From assembly GCF_040218025.1 (NCBI RefSeq), contig NZ_JAVJQD010000025.1: a stretch of DNA of 64,000 bases. The stretch is one strand, 5' to 3'. The translations under genes were made by a program, and so were the position numbers. This document shows, in pieces, positions 12,416 to 23,315 of the stretch. The notes below the pieces were generated by a model, which saw only the letters and a list, made by a program, of their open reading frames with translations, did not search any database and was not told the origin of the DNA. The first letter of the stretch is position 1; the number at the start of each line of letters is the position of its first letter. This DNA is from Hoeflea sp. (GTDB lineage Bacteria > Pseudomonadota > Alphaproteobacteria > Rhizobiales > Rhizobiaceae).

Positions 12416-13225
12416 CTATCCCTCGTCTGCCTTGTTCAGTTCCGAGACGATCGGCATCGAGGTGATGTTGAAGCCCGAATCGACGTAATGGATCTCTCCG
12501 GTCACACCCGAACTGAGATCCGAAAGCAGGTAGAGCGCCGACTTGCCCACATCGCCGATGTCGACGGTGCGCCTGAGCGGTGCGTTCTTCTTCTGGAAGT
12601 TGAACATGGCGCGCGCATCGCCGATGCCGGCGCCTGCGAGTGTCCGGACCGGCCCTGCCGAGATGGCGTTGACCCGAATGCCGTCCTGTCCGTAATCGGC
12701 TGCGAGATAGCGCACCATGGCCTCGAGCGCGGCCTTGGCGACGCCCATGACGTTGTAGTTGGGCATGACCCGCACCGAGCCGCCATAGGTCAGCGTCAGG
12801 ATCGAGCCGCCGTCACTCATCAGCGGTGCCGCGCGCTGCGCCACTTCCGTAAACGAATAGGCGGAGATCACCATCGTACGGGAGAAATTTGCCCGTGTGG
12901 TCACATCGGCGTAGCGGCCCTTGAGCTCGCTCTTGTCGGAAAAACCGATGGCATGCACCACAAAGTCGATTTTGCCCCATTCGGCTTTCAGCGTTTCGAA
13001 TACCGCGTCGACGGTTGCTATGTCCTCCACATCGCAAGGCAGCACCAGTTTCGAGCCGAGGCCTTCCGCAAGCGGCTTCACCCGGCGGCCGAAGCCCTCG
13101 CCCTGATAGGTGAACGCCAGTTCGGCTCCGGCGTCGGCCAGCTGCTTCGCGATCCCCCAGGCGATCGAGTGATCATTGGCGACCCCCATAATGAGGCCGC
13201 GTTTGCCCTTCATCAGCGCTTCCAT
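12416..13225 (-). CDS. fabI: enoyl-ACP reductase (NADH)
   Basis: MKGKRGLIMGVANDHSIAWGIAK...YNVMGVAKAALEA (Tyr/Lys catalytic region). Part of a fabA-fabB-fabI cluster. Confidence 0.95.
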   Translation of the reverse strand: MEALMKGKRGLIMGVANDHSIAWGIAKQLADAGAELAFTYQGEGFGRRVKPLAEGLGSKLVLPCDVEDIATVDAVFETLKAEWGKIDFVVHAIGFSDKSELKGRYADVTTRANFSRTMVISAYSFTEVAQRAAPLMSDGGSILTLTYGGSVRVMPNYNVMGVAKAALEAMVRYLAADYGQDGIRVNAISAGPVRTLAGAGIGDARAMFNFQKKNAPLRRTVDIGDVGKSALYLLSDLSSGVTGEIHYVDSGFNITSMPIVSELNKADEG

Positions 13226-13261
13226 CTCTGTCCCCCGATCATCTTTATCCCCCGATCCCGT

Positions 13262-14485
13262 TCAACGGTCATGCCGCTGGAAGACCAGCGTCGAGTTGGT
13301 GCCGCCAAATCCGAAGGAGTTCGACAGCGCGGTGTCGATCCTGGCGTCGTTGATCCGCTCGCGCACGATCGGAACACCGTTGAATTCAGGGTCGAGATCG
13401 GTGATGTGGGCGCTCTCCCCGATAAAGCCCTCCTTCATCATCAGAAGCGAGTAGATCGCTTCCTGCGCCCCGGCGGCGCCGAGCGAATGGCCGGTCAGCG
13501 ATTTTGTCGACTGGATATGCGGCATGTCCTGACCGAAGATTTCGCGGATCGCGCCGATTTCCTTTGAATCGCCCACCGGCGTGGATGTGCCGTGGGTGTT
13601 GATGTAGTCGACCTGACCCTCGACGGTGGCCAAGGCCTGACGCATGCAGCGCACCGCGCCCTCGCCCGATGGCGCCACCATGTCATAGCCGTCCGAAGTC
13701 GCGCCATAGCCGGTCAGTTCGGCGTAAATCTTGGCGCCGCGCGCCTTGGCATGCTCAAGCTCCTCGAGCACGAGAACGCCCGCACCGCCGGCGATGACGA
13801 AACCGTCGCGGCTCGTGTCATAGGCGCGCGATGCTGTTTCGGGCGACTCTTCATTGTATTTCGATGACATCGCGCCCATCGCATCGAACAGGTTCGACAT
13901 GGTCCAGTCGAGATCCTCGTGTCCGCCGGCGAACATCATGTCCTGCTTGCCCCACTGGATCAGTTCCGCGGCATTGCCGATGCAATGTGCCGAGGTCGAG
14001 CAGGCCGAAGAGATCGAGTAGTTCACGCCGTGGATCTTGAACCAGGTCGCAAGCGTCGCCGAAGCCGTTGACGACATCGATTTCGGAACCGCGAAGGGGC
14101 CGATGCGCTTCGGGCTGCCGTTCTTGCGGGTCGTGTCCGCAGCATCGATAAGGGTCCGTGTCGAAGGGCCGCCTGAGCCCATCACGATGCCCGTACGCTC
14201 GTGGGTGATCTCGTCCTCTCCAAGTCCGGCATCCTCGATGGCCTGCTGCATGGCAACATGGTTCCACGCCCCGCCGCGCGACAGAAACCGCATGGCGCGC
14301 CGGTCCACCAGTTCGGTGGGATCGAGTGACGGCGAACCCCAGACATGGCTGCGGAAGCCGTGATCGGCGAAGTCCTGGCTGAAGCTGATGCCGGATTTGG
14401 CGTTGCGCAGCGATTCGGTCACCTCTGCCGCATTGTTGCCGATGGAGGATACGATCCCCATGCCCGTGACGACGACTCGTCTCAT
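13262..14485 (-). CDS. fabB: beta-ketoacyl-ACP synthase I
   Basis: [18 protein letters not shown], active-site [12 protein letters not shown], and His motifs [11 protein letters not shown] and GHSLGAAG. Confidence 0.95.
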   Translation of the reverse strand: MRRVVVTGMGIVSSIGNNAAEVTESLRNAKSGISFSQDFADHGFRSHVWGSPSLDPTELVDRRAMRFLSRGGAWNHVAMQQAIEDAGLGEDEITHERTGIVMGSGGPSTRTLIDAADTTRKNGSPKRIGPFAVPKSMSSTASATLATWFKIHGVNYSISSACSTSAHCIGNAAELIQWGKQDMMFAGGHEDLDWTMSNLFDAMGAMSSKYNEESPETASRAYDTSRDGFVIAGGAGVLVLEELEHAKARGAKIYAELTGYGATSDGYDMVAPSGEGAVRCMRQALATVEGQVDYINTHGTSTPVGDSKEIGAIREIFGQDMPHIQSTKSLTGHSLGAAGAQEAIYSLLMMKEGFIGESAHITDLDPEFNGVPIVRERINDARIDTALSNSFGFGGTNSTLVFQRHDR

Positions 14486-14538
14486 GTGATTGCCCTTTCG
14501 AGTGGCGGGTCCTGGTTGCTGGGTTCAGCCGGGATGTG

Positions 14539-15054
14539 TCAGCCGGTTTTGTCCTTAGCAAGGCCGACGCGCAAATCAGTGGCGTTGTAGATGGTTTCGC
14601 CATCCGCCTTGAGCCAGCCATTGGCGATACCGAGCACCAGCCGGCCGCGCATCACGCGCTTGAAATCGATGCCGTACTCGAGCAGCTTGACGTCCGGCGT
14701 CACCATGCCCTTGAACTTCACCTCGCCGGTCGAAAGCGCCATTCCGCGACCCTGTTCGCCCAGCCAGCCCAGGTAGAACCCGGTCAGCTGCCACATTCCG
14801 TCCAGTCCCAGGCAGCCGGGCATCACCGGGTTGCCCTTGAAGTGGCAGGGAAAGAACCAGAGGTCGGGGGTAATGTCGAACTCGGCCCGCAGATAGCCCT
14901 TGTCGAATTCGCCGCCGGTTTCCGATATGTCGGTGATCCTGTGCACCATCAGCATTGGAGGCAGCGGCAATTGCGCATTTCCCGGGCCGAACAATTCGCC
15001 CTCGGCACATTTGATGATTTCGTCGTAGGTGAAGCTTGATTGCCTGTCGACCAT
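14539..15054 (-). CDS. fabA: 3-hydroxydecanoyl-ACP dehydratase/isomerase
   Basis: Start chosen at [13 protein letters not shown] (15054). Contains [24 protein letters not shown], the FabA active-site region. Confidence 0.93.
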   Translation of the reverse strand: MVDRQSSFTYDEIIKCAEGELFGPGNAQLPLPPMLMVHRITDISETGGEFDKGYLRAEFDITPDLWFFPCHFKGNPVMPGCLGLDGMWQLTGFYLGWLGEQGRGMALSTGEVKFKGMVTPDVKLLEYGIDFKRVMRGRLVLGIANGWLKADGETIYNATDLRVGLAKDKTG

Positions 15055-15315
15055 GTAAAATGCGTCTCCCGGTTCGCCGTCTCTCCGTGCGGCCCTTGTC
15101 ATCGATCCCAATGTCAGCCGAATTATCAATTCACGCTAACATACCAGCAGCGTCCGGTGAAACCGGCCTCGCGAGCCATGTCGAATACCGGATGCTGCCT
15201 GTGAACGAAAGAGGCGACGCTACGGAAAGTCACAGTCGCGGGCGCTCTATTGAAAGCAATGCCCACAAAAGTTATATCATGGGCAAGGAAACCGAACGTC
15301 TGGACAGTTTCGACA

Positions 15316-15747
15316 ATGCACTCCGCGACGAGACACAAAAACGCCGCACGCGATTCGGCCCTGCGCTTGCGCGATGCGGGCCTTCGCCCCACCAGGCAGC
15401 GCGTTGCGCTTGCGGATCTGCTGTTTGCCAAGGGCGATCGTCATCTCACCGCCGAGGATCTGCATGAGGAGGCCGTGAGCGTTGGCGTGCCGTGCTCGCT
15501 GGCCACTGTCTACAACACGCTGCATCAGTTCACGGAAGCCGGCATGCTCAGGGTTCTGTCACTGGAAACCGCGAAGACCTATTTCGACACCAATGTCTCC
15601 GATCATCACCATTTCGTGGTCGACGGCTCCAACGATGTGCTCGACATCCCGGTCGGCAACATCTCGATTTCCGATCTGCCCGAAGCCCCCGAGGGCATGG
15701 AAATCACCCATGTCGACGTTGTGATCCGGGTCCGCCCCAAGCGCTGA
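15316..15747 (+). CDS. irr: iron response regulator Irr (Fur family)
   Basis: GLRPTRQRVALADLLFAKGDRHLTAEDLHEEA...ATVYNTLHQFTEAG plus the Irr-typical DHHHF motif. It is divergent from fabA, as in Rhizobiales. Confidence 0.9.
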   Translation: MHSATRHKNAARDSALRLRDAGLRPTRQRVALADLLFAKGDRHLTAEDLHEEAVSVGVPCSLATVYNTLHQFTEAGMLRVLSLETAKTYFDTNVSDHHHFVVDGSNDVLDIPVGNISISDLPEAPEGMEITHVDVVIRVRPKR

Positions 15748-15964
15748 TCCTGCTGCCCGGGAAATCCCGTCTTTTGCCGGTCATTCTGCGTTTCCGGCGC
15801 CGGTGCGCCCCGGAATCCGGTTCAGGGCAGCGGACCCGCGGCATTGTTTCCGGCTTTACAGCGTAGCTCGCCTCCGAGGCCTGGCAGGGCGGTGTCGAAG
15901 CTCGCAAGGCCGTGTCCCGGCCGCTCTGGAAATGCTGGCGTTTTCCCGCTAAGAACTTTGTGAC

Positions 15965-16005
15965 ACCGTCAGGCGCGGATGAATGCGCGCCTGACGGTTT
16001 TGTTT
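15965..16005 (+). terminator. intrinsic terminator inside the ilvD 5' leader (candidate attenuator)
   Basis: 13-bp perfect stem ACCGTCAGGCGCG / CGCGCCTGACGGT (15965-15977 / 15986-15998) with an 8-nt loop, followed by TTTGTTT. The ilvD SD lies at 16015-16022 and the ATG at 16029. Confidence 0.7.
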
Positions 16006-16028
16006 CGGGAGTCCAAGAGGAGAGTTGC

Positions 16029-17873
16029 ATGCCGCCCTATCGTTCGAGAACCTCCACCCATGGCCGCAACATGGCTGGTGCGCGCAGTCTCTGGCGCGCC
16101 ACCGGAATGAAGGACGGAGATTTCGGCAAGCCGATCATCGCGGTGGTCAATTCCTTCACCCAGTTCGTGCCCGGCCACGTGCACCTGAAGGATCTCGGCC
16201 AGCTCGTCGCCCGCGAGATCGAGAAGGCGGGCGGCATCGCCAAGGAGTTCAACACCATTGCAGTCGATGACGGCATCGCCATGGGCCATGACGGCATGCT
16301 TTATTCGTTGCCCTCGCGCGAAGTCATCGCCGACAGTGTCGAATACATGGTCAACGGCCATTGCGCCGACGCCATGGTCTGCATCTCCAACTGTGACAAG
16401 ATCACCCCGGGCATGCTCAACGCCGCCATGCGGCTCAACATTCCGGCGGTATTCGTCTCCGGCGGCCCGATGGAAGCGGGCAAGGTGGTGCTGGAGAACG
16501 GCGTCGCCAAGTCCGTCGATCTCGTCGACGCGATGGTCCTTGCCGCCGATGACAGCGCGTCCGATACCGATGTGATGACCATGGAGCAGAACGCCTGCCC
16601 GACCTGCGGCTCGTGCTCCGGAATGTTCACGGCCAACTCCATGAACTGCCTCACCGAAGCGCTCGGCCTGGCGCTGCCGGGCAACGGCTCGACGCTCGCT
16701 ACCCACAAGGACCGCGAGCGCCTCTTCGTCGAGGCCGGCCACCTGATCGTCGATCTGGCCCGGCGCTATTATGAGCAGGATGACGAGACCGCGCTTCCGC
16801 GCTCGATCGCAAGCTTTGCCGCCTTCGAGAACGCCATGACGCTGGATATCTCCATGGGCGGCTCTACCAACACGGTGCTGCATCTGCTTGCCGCGTCCCA
16901 TGAGGGCGAAGTCGGTTTCACCATGGACGATATCGACCGGCTGTCGCGCAGGGTTCCGGTGCTGTGCAAGGTCGCTCCCGCTGTCGAGAACATCCACATG
17001 GAAGACGTGCACCGCGCCGGCGGCATCTTTGGAATTCTCGGCGAACTGGACCGCGCCGGGTTGATCGACAGTTCGCTTCCCACCATCCACGCCGCCACCA
17101 TGAAGGAGGCGCTGGCGCGCTGGGACATCGCCCAGACCAACTCGGAAGCCGTGCACACGTTCTATTCGGCGGCCCCCGGCGGGGTTCCGACACAGACCGC
17201 CTTCTCCCAGGATCGCCGCTATGAGGAAGGCGTTGACCTGGATCGCAAATCCGGCGTCATCCGCTCAAAAGAGAACGCCTATTCGCAGGACGGCGGACTG
17301 GCCGTGCTGTTCGGCAACATCGCGCTGGACGGCTGCATCGTCAAAACCGCTGGCGTCGATGAATCGATCCTCAAGTTTACCGGCCCCGCGCGCATCTTTG
17401 AAAGCCAGGATTCGGCCGTCTCGGCGATCCTCACCGGCAAGGTCAAGCCCGGCCAGGTGGTCCTGATCCGTTACGAAGGCCCGCGCGGCGGCCCCGGCAT
17501 GCAGGAAATGCTCTACCCGACCAGCTACCTGAAATCCAAGGGATTGGGCAAGGACTGCGCCTTGATCACCGATGGCCGCTTCTCGGGCGGCTCGTCGGGC
17601 CTGTCCATCGGTCACATCTCTCCGGAAGCGGCCGAGGGCGGTGCCATCGGTCTGGTGGAAGAGGGCGACACGATCGTCATCGACATTCCGAACCGGGTCA
17701 TGAAGGTCGATCTGCCCGACAGCGTGCTGGCCGAGCGGCGCGCGGCGATGGAAGCCCGCGGCGCCGATGCATGGAAGCCGACCGAAAAGCGCAAGCGCAA
17801 GGTCACCACGGCGCTCAAGGCCTATGCGGCCATGACCAGTTCGGCGGCCAGAGGCGCGGTGCGCATCGTCTGA
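16029..17873 (+). CDS. ilvD: dihydroxy-acid dehydratase
   Basis: [37 protein letters not shown]...CDKITPGM...[16 protein letters not shown]. Confidence 0.97.
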   Translation: MPPYRSRTSTHGRNMAGARSLWRATGMKDGDFGKPIIAVVNSFTQFVPGHVHLKDLGQLVAREIEKAGGIAKEFNTIAVDDGIAMGHDGMLYSLPSREVIADSVEYMVNGHCADAMVCISNCDKITPGMLNAAMRLNIPAVFVSGGPMEAGKVVLENGVAKSVDLVDAMVLAADDSASDTDVMTMEQNACPTCGSCSGMFTANSMNCLTEALGLALPGNGSTLATHKDRERLFVEAGHLIVDLARRYYEQDDETALPRSIASFAAFENAMTLDISMGGSTNTVLHLLAASHEGEVGFTMDDIDRLSRRVPVLCKVAPAVENIHMEDVHRAGGIFGILGELDRAGLIDSSLPTIHAATMKEALARWDIAQTNSEAVHTFYSAAPGGVPTQTAFSQDRRYEEGVDLDRKSGVIRSKENAYSQDGGLAVLFGNIALDGCIVKTAGVDESILKFTGPARIFESQDSAVSAILTGKVKPGQVVLIRYEGPRGGPGMQEMLYPTSYLKSKGLGKDCALITDGRFSGGSSGLSIGHISPEAAEGGAIGLVEEGDTIVIDIPNRVMKVDLPDSVLAERRAAMEARGADAWKPTEKRKRKVTTALKAYAAMTSSAARGAVRIV

Positions 17874-17880
17874 ACGCAAT

Positions 17881-17916
17881 CGGTCCGGGCAGGCCCGTAG
17901 GGGCCTGTCCGAACCG
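17881..17916. terminator. GC-rich hairpin between convergent ilvD and the SH3-like gene
   Basis: CGGTCCGGGCAGGCCC gtag GGGCCTGTCCGAACCG forms a 16-position stem with one mismatch and one G-U pair. There is no U-tract. Confidence 0.45.
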
Positions 17917-17969
17917 ATGAGAGAGCTGAAAACTGCGCGCTGCGGTTTCTGGAAGGCGCCGGCTCGCGG

Positions 17970-18524
17970 TTACTTGAAGGCCTCGCCCGGATAGGCGCCC
18001 CAGATCTCGTTCTGCGCCACGAAACCCTCGGCGCCATCTGCCCTGGCCTCGCACCAGTCTCCGTCACATGCCTTGATCTCCACAACGACGCCGGGTTCGA
18101 GGCGCGCGACGATCCGTGCATTGGACCGGGCTTCGCGATGCATGTTGATGAACTGCTCCTCGCCGGCCGCACTCTTCCAGGGGGCCGCCATGGCGGTGCG
18201 CTCGCCCGACAGGAGCGACTGATAGACCCAACCCTCCGTCCCCTCGGCATCGCGCACGCGCCGCCAGTTGTCGTATTCCTGGATTACCTCCATCGGAACG
18301 CCAGGCCGCGTGTAGAGCCACGCCACGGCGTAATCCCGTCCCGGACCGATCCTCAGGTTCACCCGCGTGGCTTTCAGGCTCACGAACCGTGGCAGCGGCA
18401 ATCCGCTCGGCCCCTTGCCGGCGGTTTGCGCATGGGCGGCATCGAGGCCGGACAGGGCGAGCGGGGAAACCGTGGCGGCTGCCATCACGAGGCAACTTGC
18501 AACGAGAAGGGAAAGGCGACGCAT
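17970..18524 (-). CDS. exported bacterial SH3-like domain protein (DUF1058-like)
   Basis: Signal peptide, then RFVSLKATRVNLRIGPGRDYAVAWLY...GWVYQSLLSG, and a second SH3-like half. Confidence 0.7.
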   Translation of the reverse strand: MRRLSLLVASCLVMAAATVSPLALSGLDAAHAQTAGKGPSGLPLPRFVSLKATRVNLRIGPGRDYAVAWLYTRPGVPMEVIQEYDNWRRVRDAEGTEGWVYQSLLSGERTAMAAPWKSAAGEEQFINMHREARSNARIVARLEPGVVVEIKACDGDWCEARADGAEGFVAQNEIWGAYPGEAFK

Positions 18525-18793
18525 GACTTACACCTTTTTCTGTGGCGCGCCTTATCCGGCGCCGCCGTGTTTCTGAGGCCTCGCCGCCGTTCGCGTGATG
18601 CGCTGCCGGCCGGGCTATTTGCGCTCTCGTCGTCCGTGCCGCCTTGGTAAGGCGCACTTAACGCAATGCTTTTTCGCCCGCAATCCGGGTCGGTCGGATT
18701 GTCATCCCCGGAGGGTCTGTTAGAAAAAGCGGTACGCAAGCAACATTGTCGCCGAGTTTGGTTAAAGAGCTCTCAACGCCGGACCTGCCTATC

Positions 18794-19798
18794 ATGCCAA
18801 ATCGAAAAAAGCCGAAGGTCTACATCACCCGCCGTCTGCCTGACGCAGTGGAAACGCGCATGCGGGAGCTTTTCGATGCGGAACTCAACGTCACCGATGA
18901 AGCCCGCACCCAGCCCGAGCTTGTGTCCGCGATGCGGTCCGCCGACGTCCTTGTGCCCACGGTGACCGACAGGATCGACTCTGCCCTGATAGAGCAGGCG
19001 GGGCCCCAGATGAAGCTGATCGCCAATTTCGGAAACGGTGTCGACAATATCGACGTCGAGGCGGCGCAGAAGAAGGGCATCACCGTCACCAACACGCCCA
19101 ACGTCCTGTCCGAAGATACGGCGGACATGACCATGGCCCTGATGCTGGCAGTGCCGCGGCGGTTGACCGAGGGCGCCAATGTACTCGTGGGCAATGGCGG
19201 AAGCTGGAAGGGGTGGTCGCCAACCTGGATGCTCGGCAACCGCCTCGGTGGCAAGAGGCTGGGCATCGTCGGCATGGGCCGCATCGGCACGGCCGTCGCA
19301 CGCCGGGCCAAGGCTTTCGGACTGTCCATTCATTACCACAACCGGCGCCGGGTCGATCCCAGGACCGAGGACCTTGTCGAGGCCACCTATTGGGACAGCC
19401 TCGACCAGATGCTTGCCCGGGTCGACATCGTCTCGGTCAATTGCCCGTCGACGCCGGCGACGTTTCATTTGCTTTCGGCCCGCAGGTTGGAGCTGATGAA
19501 GCCCGGCGCCTACATCGTCAACACCGCCAGAGGCGGCATCATCGACGAGGACGCGCTCGTCAAGGCGCTGCGCGAGGGCCGTCTTTCGGGCGCCGGTCTC
19601 GACGTCTTCGAACACGAGCCTGCCGTCGACAAGCGGCTGGTCAAGCTGGCCACCGAAGGCAAGGTCGTGCTCCTGCCGCATATGGGCTCGGCCACCATCG
19701 AAGGCCGCATCGACATGGGCGACAAGGTGATCATCAACATCCGCACCTTCTTCGACGGTCATCGTCCGCCAGATCGGGTGCTGCCACTCAGGGACTGA
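18794..19798 (+). CDS. D-2-hydroxyacid dehydrogenase (glyoxylate/hydroxypyruvate reductase-like)
   Basis: NAD-binding motif GIVGMGRIGTAVARRA. Catalytic region NTARGGIIDEDAL...LLPHMGSAT. Confidence 0.88.
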   Translation: MPNRKKPKVYITRRLPDAVETRMRELFDAELNVTDEARTQPELVSAMRSADVLVPTVTDRIDSALIEQAGPQMKLIANFGNGVDNIDVEAAQKKGITVTNTPNVLSEDTADMTMALMLAVPRRLTEGANVLVGNGGSWKGWSPTWMLGNRLGGKRLGIVGMGRIGTAVARRAKAFGLSIHYHNRRRVDPRTEDLVEATYWDSLDQMLARVDIVSVNCPSTPATFHLLSARRLELMKPGAYIVNTARGGIIDEDALVKALREGRLSGAGLDVFEHEPAVDKRLVKLATEGKVVLLPHMGSATIEGRIDMGDKVIINIRTFFDGHRPPDRVLPLRD

Positions 19799-19842
19799 GT
19801 GGGCGCTGTGCGCCTCGCGCCTGCGGCCCGGGTCTTGTTGGT

Positions 19843-20613
19843 TCAATCCTTTCGCCTGTAGCGGATGGTCCGGAAACTTGCCGCCAGCCCGTCATAGAGC
19901 AGCAGCCTGCCGATCAGCGGCTCGCCCGCGCCGGTAATCAGCTTGATCACCTCCATCGCCTGAAGCGTCCCGATCACCCCGGTCAGCGCTCCCACCACGC
20001 CTGCCTCGGCGCATGCGGGCACCATGCCCGGCGGCGGCGGTTCCGGAAACAGGTCGCGAAACCGGGGGCAGGGCTTTCCGGCCGCATCGGTCATGTGAGG
20101 TGCGACCACGGTCACAGAGCCGTCGAAACGCCCCACAGCTGCGGTCACCAGCGGAATTCCGAGCGCCTCGCAACTGTCCGCCAGCAAATAGCGTGTATCG
20201 AAACTGTCCGAGCCGTCCACCACCATGTCGTAGGCGGTGATGATGTCGACCGCATTGTCGGATGTCAGCCGCACGGGATGCGTGACCACGCGCACATGCG
20301 GATTGAGCCTTCGGATCGAACGCGCCGCACTATCGGTCTTGGCCATGTCCACATGACCGGTGTCATGCAGGATCTGGCGCTGAAGATTGGACAGCGAAAC
20401 CACATCGTCGTCGACCACGCCGAGCGTGCCCACCCCGGCGGCAGCCAGATAGCTCAGCACCGGGGAGCCAAGTCCGCCCGCTCCGAGCACCAGCACACGC
20501 GTCGCCTTGAGTTTCTGCTGGCCGGCCCCGCCGATCTCGGCAAGCACGATATGGCGCGCATACCGGGCAATCTCGTCGGGATTGAGCTGGCTGTCGTCCA
20601 TCGCGTCGTCCAC
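19843..20613 (-). CDS. moeB: ThiF/MoeB-family adenylyltransferase
   Basis: RYARHIVLAEIGGAGQQKL...VLVLGAGGLGSPVLSYLAAAGVG...SLSNLQRQILH. Confidence 0.8.
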   Translation of the reverse strand: MDDAMDDSQLNPDEIARYARHIVLAEIGGAGQQKLKATRVLVLGAGGLGSPVLSYLAAAGVGTLGVVDDDVVSLSNLQRQILHDTGHVDMAKTDSAARSIRRLNPHVRVVTHPVRLTSDNAVDIITAYDMVVDGSDSFDTRYLLADSCEALGIPLVTAAVGRFDGSVTVVAPHMTDAAGKPCPRFRDLFPEPPPPGMVPACAEAGVVGALTGVIGTLQAMEVIKLITGAGEPLIGRLLLYDGLAASFRTIRYRRKD

Positions 20614-20696
20614 TCTCCTGCGGCGGTCCTCGGAACTGGCCGGACCACGTTACCGTCCGGACCCGACCATGCAAACACATCATCGCCCGCAATCGG

Positions 20697-21833
20697 TCAA
20701 CCGCGCGCGACGACCCTGCCGTCCTGAACATCGAACATCTGGCCCCGCGATTCCAGGCTCTCGAACATCGCCGCATCTGTCCCGGTCATGAAGGCCTGGC
20801 AATCCAGAGTCTCGATCAGATCGAACAGCGCCGCGCGCCGTCCTTCGTCGAGATGCGCCGCCACCTCGTCAAGCAGCAACATCGGCGCGTGGCCGGTCAG
20901 CCGCCGAACAAGCTGCGCGTGTCCCAGCACGATGCCGATCAGCAGGGCCTTTTGCTCCCCGGTTGATGACAGGGCCGCGGGCATCGTCTTGGCCCGGTGG
21001 TGAACCACCAGATCCATCCGGTGCGGGCCCGACAATGTTCGCCCTGCGGCGGCATCGCGCGCCCTGCCTTGCCGCATCATCTCGGAGAAGGCGATTTCCA
21101 TCTCGCTCGCCGAGGCAAGAGTGTGCTCGTCGAGAAATCCCTCAAGTCGCAGATCGGCCGCGGGGAAGGGGCTTCGGGCCTGTCCGTCATCGATCAGCGT
21201 CGACAAGAGCTTCACCACTTCGTTGCGCGCCAGCGCCATGGCAACGCCGAGCTCGCTCATCTGGGTCTCCAGCCCGTCGAGCCAGGCGGGATCCGGCCGT
21301 CCCTCGGAAAGCAGGCGGTTGCGGCTGCGCATCGCCCGCTCGTAGCTCAAGGCCCGGCTGCCATGGGCCGGGTCGACCGAAAGCACAAGCCGGTCGAGAA
21401 AGCGGCGCCGGTCGCCGGCCGGTCCGGTAAACAGCCCGTCCATCGCCGGCGTCAGCCACAAAAGCCTGAGGTGATCGAGAAGATCGTCGGCGGTGCGCAC
21501 GGGCGAACCGTTGATGCGGATCCTGCGGGATCCGTTTTCCTCGATGCCATCCACGCCGGTGCCGATGTCGACAGACCCCGCCATGCCGTGAAGGCTCGCG
21601 AACACCGCGAACCCGGCCGCGGCATCCGAACCGGTCTTGATCAGGTCGCCATAGGGCGCGCGCCGCATCCCGCGTCCGGGCGTCAGCAGCGACACCGCTT
21701 CCATGAGATTGGTCTTGCCCGCGCCATTGTCGCCGACCAGCACCACGTGGCGTTCATCGAGCGTCAGCGACTGGCTGGCGTAATTTCGGAATCCCGTCAG
21801 CTTGAGGCGCTCGATATAAACCTTTGCGGCCAT
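20697..21833 (-). CDS. recF: DNA replication/repair protein RecF
   Basis: Start at MAAKVYIERLKLTGFRNY (21833). Walker A GDNGAGKTNLMEA. dnaA-dnaN-recF order. Confidence 0.93.
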   Translation of the reverse strand: MAAKVYIERLKLTGFRNYASQSLTLDERHVVLVGDNGAGKTNLMEAVSLLTPGRGMRRAPYGDLIKTGSDAAAGFAVFASLHGMAGSVDIGTGVDGIEENGSRRIRINGSPVRTADDLLDHLRLLWLTPAMDGLFTGPAGDRRRFLDRLVLSVDPAHGSRALSYERAMRSRNRLLSEGRPDPAWLDGLETQMSELGVAMALARNEVVKLLSTLIDDGQARSPFPAADLRLEGFLDEHTLASASEMEIAFSEMMRQGRARDAAAGRTLSGPHRMDLVVHHRAKTMPAALSSTGEQKALLIGIVLGHAQLVRRLTGHAPMLLLDEVAAHLDEGRRAALFDLIETLDCQAFMTGTDAAMFESLESRGQMFDVQDGRVVARG

Positions 21834-21962
21834 GTCAGGGCAGTCCCTGGAGTTCAAGGGAAAGATCGGCGCCTCCGGCAGCCCGGAAACTGCCGGGCCG
21901 GGAACGGCGCGGAAGCCGTCCCTTCGAATCTGGTCCGGAAATCAAACCCGCAAGCCGCGCGT

Positions 21963-23081
21963 CTAGACGCGCATCGGCATGAGAACGTAAAGCGCGTCGT
22001 CGCCGGCCGTGTCGCGCACGAGCGTCGGGGAGCCCGGATCGGCAAGCATGAACACCGCATCCGTGCCCGAGAGCTGGTTCGTGATGTCGAGAAGATACTT
22101 GGCGTTGAAGCCGATTTCCAGCGGATCGCGGTCGTAGCCGACGGCAAGTTCTTCGGTCGCGCTGCCCGAATCCGGGTTGTTCACCGTCAGCGTCAACTGG
22201 CCTTCCGCAATCGCGAGCTTGACCGCGCGGCCGCGCTCCGAGGAGATCGTCGACACCCGGTCGACCGCCTGTGCAAAACTGTGGCAGTCCACGGTGAGTT
22301 CCTTGTCGTTCCCGGTCGGGATCACCCGCTGGTAATCCGGGAAGGTGCCGTCAATCAGTTTCGAGGTCATCACCACCGAGCCGATGGTGAAACGGATCTT
22401 GGCGTCGGAAACCTCGACCGTAACGCTCACGTCGGGATTGTCGACCAGCTTCTGCAATTCGCCGACCGTCTTGCGCGGAATGATGATGCCCGGCATGCCT
22501 TCCGAGCCTGAAGGCGCGTCCACATCGGCGCGCGCCAGCCGGTGACCGTCGGTCGCCACCGCGCGCAGCTTAAGCGCGCCTTCATTCTCGATCGTGTGGA
22601 CGAAGATGCCGTTGAGGTAGTAGCGCGTCTCCTCCGTGGAGATCGCGAATTGGGTCCGGTCGATCAGCATCTTGAGCTGCGTCGACGGCAGCCGGAATGT
22701 GTGGGTGAAAGCGCCCGCGGTCAGATCCGGGAAATCCGATTCGGGAAGGCACTGCAGCGAAAACTTCGAGCGCCCGGACGCCACCGTCATCGTCGCGCCG
22801 TCCGGATCGGTCGCCAGCAGCACCTCCGAGCCATCGGAGAGCTTGCGGACGATATCGTAGAGCAGGTGGGCGGGAACGGTGGTCGAGCCGGCCTGCTCCA
22901 CCATCGCCGGTGTCGCTTCCGTGATCTCTAGGTCCAGATCGGTCGCCTTCATGTCAAGCGTCGCGCCCTCGGCCTTGAGCAGCACGTTGGACAGGATCGG
23001 GATTGTGTTGCGGCGCTCGACCACGCGATGCACATGGTTCAGCGATTTCAGGAGGTTGGAACGCTCGAGGGTGACACGCAT
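21963..23081 (-). CDS. dnaN: DNA polymerase III beta sliding clamp
   Basis: Start at MRVTLERSNLLKSLNHVHRVVERRNTIPILSNVLL (23081); 372 aa. Confidence 0.96.
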   Translation of the reverse strand: MRVTLERSNLLKSLNHVHRVVERRNTIPILSNVLLKAEGATLDMKATDLDLEITEATPAMVEQAGSTTVPAHLLYDIVRKLSDGSEVLLATDPDGATMTVASGRSKFSLQCLPESDFPDLTAGAFTHTFRLPSTQLKMLIDRTQFAISTEETRYYLNGIFVHTIENEGALKLRAVATDGHRLARADVDAPSGSEGMPGIIIPRKTVGELQKLVDNPDVSVTVEVSDAKIRFTIGSVVMTSKLIDGTFPDYQRVIPTGNDKELTVDCHSFAQAVDRVSTISSERGRAVKLAIAEGQLTLTVNNPDSGSATEELAVGYDRDPLEIGFNAKYLLDITNQLSGTDAVFMLADPGSPTLVRDTAGDDALYVLMPMRV

Positions 23082-23315
23082 GATCTGGCTACCGCTTGGC
23101 TTGGGGGCCGGCGCGTGGGCCGCGCTGGCCGTTCGAATTCTGTCGTGTAAGGCTTGAGCCTTGGAAGGGCCGGCAGGAGGGCGCTCTGTGGAATGCGCAT
23201 TTCGCCGGGCCCGGGCGGGCAAAATGGCAGATAATGGGACGTCAATGCAACTAAAACCGGCCCGGGCGTTGCCGCCCGAACCGGGATTCTGGGGATAATT
23301 GTCCTGGGTTGCGGA

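Noticed and set aside
12167-13567. 466-aa plus-strand ORF across fabI and fabB
   Set aside because: It is antisense to two unambiguous fatty-acid synthesis genes, and its translation has no family features.
15931-15951. Leader peptide for ilvD attenuation (ATG CTG GCG TTT TCC CGC TAA = MLAFSR)
   Set aside because: It is only six codons, has no run of Ile/Val/Leu codons and has no SD. That is not convincing for a classical ilv-type leader peptide, so the terminator is reported without a proposed mechanism.
19213-22511. Two 504-aa plus-strand ORFs (19213..20727 and 20997..22511) across moeB, recF and dnaN
   Set aside because: They are antisense to well-supported genes. Both are Arg/His/Gly-rich and low-complexity, with no motifs.
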